A stretch of 63,696 bases of DNA, filler included, from Globobulimina sp. (taxonomy: Eukaryota), in the NCBI GenBank assembly GCA_003354225.1. It is 41 parts of 41 records of this genome, joined end to end, with 100 filler letters (N's around TTAATTAATTAA, not from the genome) between each part and the next. Parts side by side here need not be neighbours in the genome. Positions count along the whole stretch, not along the records: positions 60,687 to 62,141 come from PIVH01016399.1; positions 62,242 to 63,696 come from PIVH01016400.1; 39 more parts are not named here. One strand, given 5' to 3'. Positions 60,885-63,696 of this stretch are shown here, piece by piece (the first letter of the stretch is position 1; the number at the start of each line of letters is the position of its first letter). Under the pieces are notes generated by a model. It was given only the letters and a program-made list of their open reading frames with translations, did no database searches and was not told the DNA's origin. The position numbers were made by a program, and so were the translations under genes.

Positions 60885-61886
60885 ATGTCAATAGAGCAAT
60901 GGAAACAGAATTATTATTGGATAATGGTATCAATAGTGCTTTGGAGTTCGATGACTGTCATCGTGTCGATGTTGTTCATTATTGAAATGAAAATATTTTA
61001 CAACAGATTTTATTATAAAATCCACACAGAAATAGAATTATCAAGAATTCAATCAATGAATTCAAAAAGCAATCATCGTGAAAAAGTGTTAAATGAATCT
61101 ACATCAAATCCATCTGTGATGTCCAAACAACGGAGTATCACTGAAGAAGATCGTAAAAAAATTAAAACCAAATTGGTTTACGTTTTTCCAATTCTTTCAT
61201 ATATTTTCTATGCAATATTTGGAGCACTTTCTGTTTTATTCAAGCTCAATCTGCTGATGTTTGAAGGATGCAAATATGGCGAATATATGGGTGTTATCTT
61301 TACAACGGCGCGATTATTTATGTATCTTGTATTCATTTGGAGGCTATACATTGTTTACACAGACTCAATGTTCGAATATAACACCTGTCTAATAATTGCG
61401 ATGGCCATCATTGTTGTTGTATGGGGTTATTTGAATGCCTTCTTCAATGTATTAACAACGAAAAACGATATGTTACTCAGTAACGGTTATACATATTGTA
61501 CCATAATTATGTATTTTCCTATGGTGGTAAGCTCTGTTTTATATGATATGACGACCTGTGGTTTATGTTGTTACTTGTTTATAAGACCATTATTAAAATT
61601 AAATGATATAAACAACAGCAGCGACAATAAAACTATGAAAGATTTGATTGCTAAATACACGATTTTAACATTTATTGCCGTCATATCTACGTTTGTTGCA
61701 TTTATTGCAGTAGGACTTCTAGAATTGGCTGGTTTGATGGCTATTGATTCTGTATTTAATTGTGTCTGTATTTTCCTATTTAACAACAAGTATCTAAAAT
61801 ATTACAAGTGTTTATGCTGTGGCGCTATTTGTGTAGCATCCAAAATGGGTTATTGTTGTCGCAAACGATCAGATGCAAACTTTTAG
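60885..61886 (+). CDS. 7TM receptor-like protein
   Basis: Seven hydrophobic segments, FIWRLY after TM3, Cys-rich tail. Confidence 0.75.
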   Translation: MSIEQWKQNYYWIMVSIVLWSSMTVIVSMLFIIEMKIFYNRFYYKIHTEIELSRIQSMNSKSNHREKVLNESTSNPSVMSKQRSITEEDRKKIKTKLVYVFPILSYIFYAIFGALSVLFKLNLLMFEGCKYGEYMGVIFTTARLFMYLVFIWRLYIVYTDSMFEYNTCLIIAMAIIVVVWGYLNAFFNVLTTKNDMLLSNGYTYCTIIMYFPMVVSSVLYDMTTCGLCCYLFIRPLLKLNDINNSSDNKTMKDLIAKYTILTFIAVISTFVAFIAVGLLELAGLMAIDSVFNCVCIFLFNNKYLKYYKCLCCGAICVASKMGYCCRKRSDANF

Positions 61887-62241
61887 AGTGTTTTTTGTTT
61901 GGTGAATGGTGATGTATTAATTGTTATTGTTTCTGTTTTTTTGTAAACACATGTACAGAGATTTTTGTCTGAATTGCAATCCGATATCTTGGTTTTTTTA
62001 TCCGCATGACGTTTGATTGCGGAATATGGACTGTTGCTGTTGAGTGTTGGCGGTGGTGTATCTTCCATACCATCAGCATTATTATTATTATTTCTCTGTG
62101 GAGATGCGAAGCTATCTGCTAATGCATCTAAATTATCATTGNNNNNNNNNNNNNNNNNNNNNNNNNNNNNNNNNNNNNNNNNNNNTTAATTAATTAANNN
62201 NNNNNNNNNNNNNNNNNNNNNNNNNNNNNNNNNNNNNNNNN

Positions 62242-63695
62242 TTATGTAAAATACCTTTAACGCCAACAATATCACCAGTACTAATGCTTTCGGTCGAGTC
62301 TAAACGTTCTAACCATTCGGCATAATCACCATTCCCAGAGCTGTACTCTACGCCAATTTTCTTATAGCTGGCAATAGCCTCATTTATTTTACCCTGTTCC
62401 GCCAGAAAATACCCATAGTAATTATGTGCCTCCGCGAAATCAGGTTTGATGCGTATCGCTTCTGAAAAATGGTTGCCAGCCCTTTGATACTTTTTCTGTT
62501 TTGCCAGAACATTGGCAAGATGAAAATGTGCTGTTGCAAATTCCGGTCTGATTTGAAGTGCTTTATTATAATGAGCAACAGCCTCATCCAGCCGCCCCTG
62601 GTTATTCAGCCCGTCTCCAAGGCCTAAATGCGCAAAATAGTTGTTGTCAGTTACATCTACAGCATGTTTAAAAAGCATAATCGGGTTTCCCCAGTATTTT
62701 ACCTGCAACCATGACATTGTCATAAGGATTGACAGGAGTATCGCTGAAGTTGTACCAAGGGCTGTTTTTTTGTAACGCCATCTGGACACAAAATCAGGAA
62801 CACCCCAGACAATAATGATAAACAGTCCGATAAGCGGTATGTAGGTATATCTGTCAGCCAGCCCCTGCAATCCTATCTGCACAAGACCTATAACCGGTAA
62901 AAGGGTCACAAGATACCACAGCCATCCAGTAATAAAATAGGGATATGTCGCCCTTACCCTGATTGCCCATATGGATATGCCTGTCAGCAATACTGCGGCT
63001 CCGGCTGTTTGCCATATGGGAATTACTGCAGGGTAGGGATAAAAGGCGGCAAGCGGAATCGGCCAGAGCATTTTTACAATATACTCTGCATATGAAACCA
63101 GAGCATTGGCAATTCTTAAACTCAGTGGAAACAATTCCAATGTTCCTACTGCGCCCGCGCTTTTTTGAGCAAAAACGGTTATGAAGCTAAACACAACAGC
63201 AAGACCCAAAAGGGGAATTTTTTCCCGGATCAAATGGTAAAGTGACGAGACGGGTTGAACAGATTTTGATTCGGTAAAATGTTCGGGAGTTGAACGAAGC
63301 CTTCCTAACGGCCAGAAATCGAGCAGAAGCAGTACAAAGGGCAATGTAACCAGCATGGATTTTGACATAAATCCAAGTATGAAAAACACGAGAACCAGAC
63401 AATATCGACTGAGACAGGGACGCTTGATATAGCCGATGTAACTTGCCATTGTCAGCATCCAGAAAAAAGTACTTAAAACATCCTTACGTTCCGCAATCCA
63501 TACAACCGATTCAACATGTAATGGATGCAGGGCAAACAAGGCGGCGACAAACCCGCTTTGCCACAATTTGTCAGTCATTGTAAAAAACACATAAAACAGC
63601 AGTAATGTATTGAATATATGGATCAGCAGGCTGGTCAGATGATGCTGACCGGAATTCAGCCCGTAAAACTGACAGTCCAGCATGTGCGAAATCAT
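62242..63695 (-). CDS. Bacterial TMTC-like GT-C membrane protein with TPR repeats (chimeric 3' end)
   Basis: HLTSLLIH..N, FALHPLHVESVVWIAERKDVL, ADRYTY, TPRs (GRLDEAVAHYNKALQIRPEFATAH); no introns. Confidence 0.88.
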
Positions 63696-63696
63696 T

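Noticed and set aside
61883-62141. Convergent ORF whose stop overlaps the 7TM stop
   Set aside because: Short, low-complexity and truncated; cannot show that it is coding

Overview
This window is not one locus. It is a pseudo-scaffold of 41 unrelated, length-sorted contigs (1458 down to 1455 bp) joined by 100-bp N44-TTAATTAATTAA-N44 linkers, so neighbourhood across linkers is meaningless and most genes are truncated. About 38 contigs come from an AT-rich eukaryote using the standard code, with short GT-AG introns (mostly 48-110 nt). Its gene content suggests a protist, possibly a foraminiferan or other rhizarian (inference). Recognisable genes include syntaxin, GTPBP1/2, a Ran-like GTPase, mitochondrial ACP, a Gbeta-like WD40 protein, a sulfotransferase, TLDc, 14-3-3, cullin, an amine oxidase, DOP1, SAM-SET, GH31, a DEAD-box helicase, a front-end desaturase and 7TM proteins. 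Two contigs are bacterial and look Desulfobacterota-like: a multiheme cytochrome c plus cytochrome b pair, and a TMTC-like TPR membrane protein. Mobile DNA includes a Penelope-like element carrying a hammerhead ribozyme, a decayed Ty3/gypsy 3' end, and a shuffled dispersed repeat. The top candidate novelty is a circularly permuted Rab-type GTPase domain (G4-G5-G1-G2-G3) at 17703-18254. Other notable signals are a 75-nt hairpin insertion with an 8-bp target-site duplication inside the amine oxidase, a Gbeta-like protein with a myristoylation-type N-terminus in place of the Ggamma-binding coil, and H-S-E ADP-ribosyltransferase-like paralogues. All family assignments come from motif recognition by eye, not from database searches.
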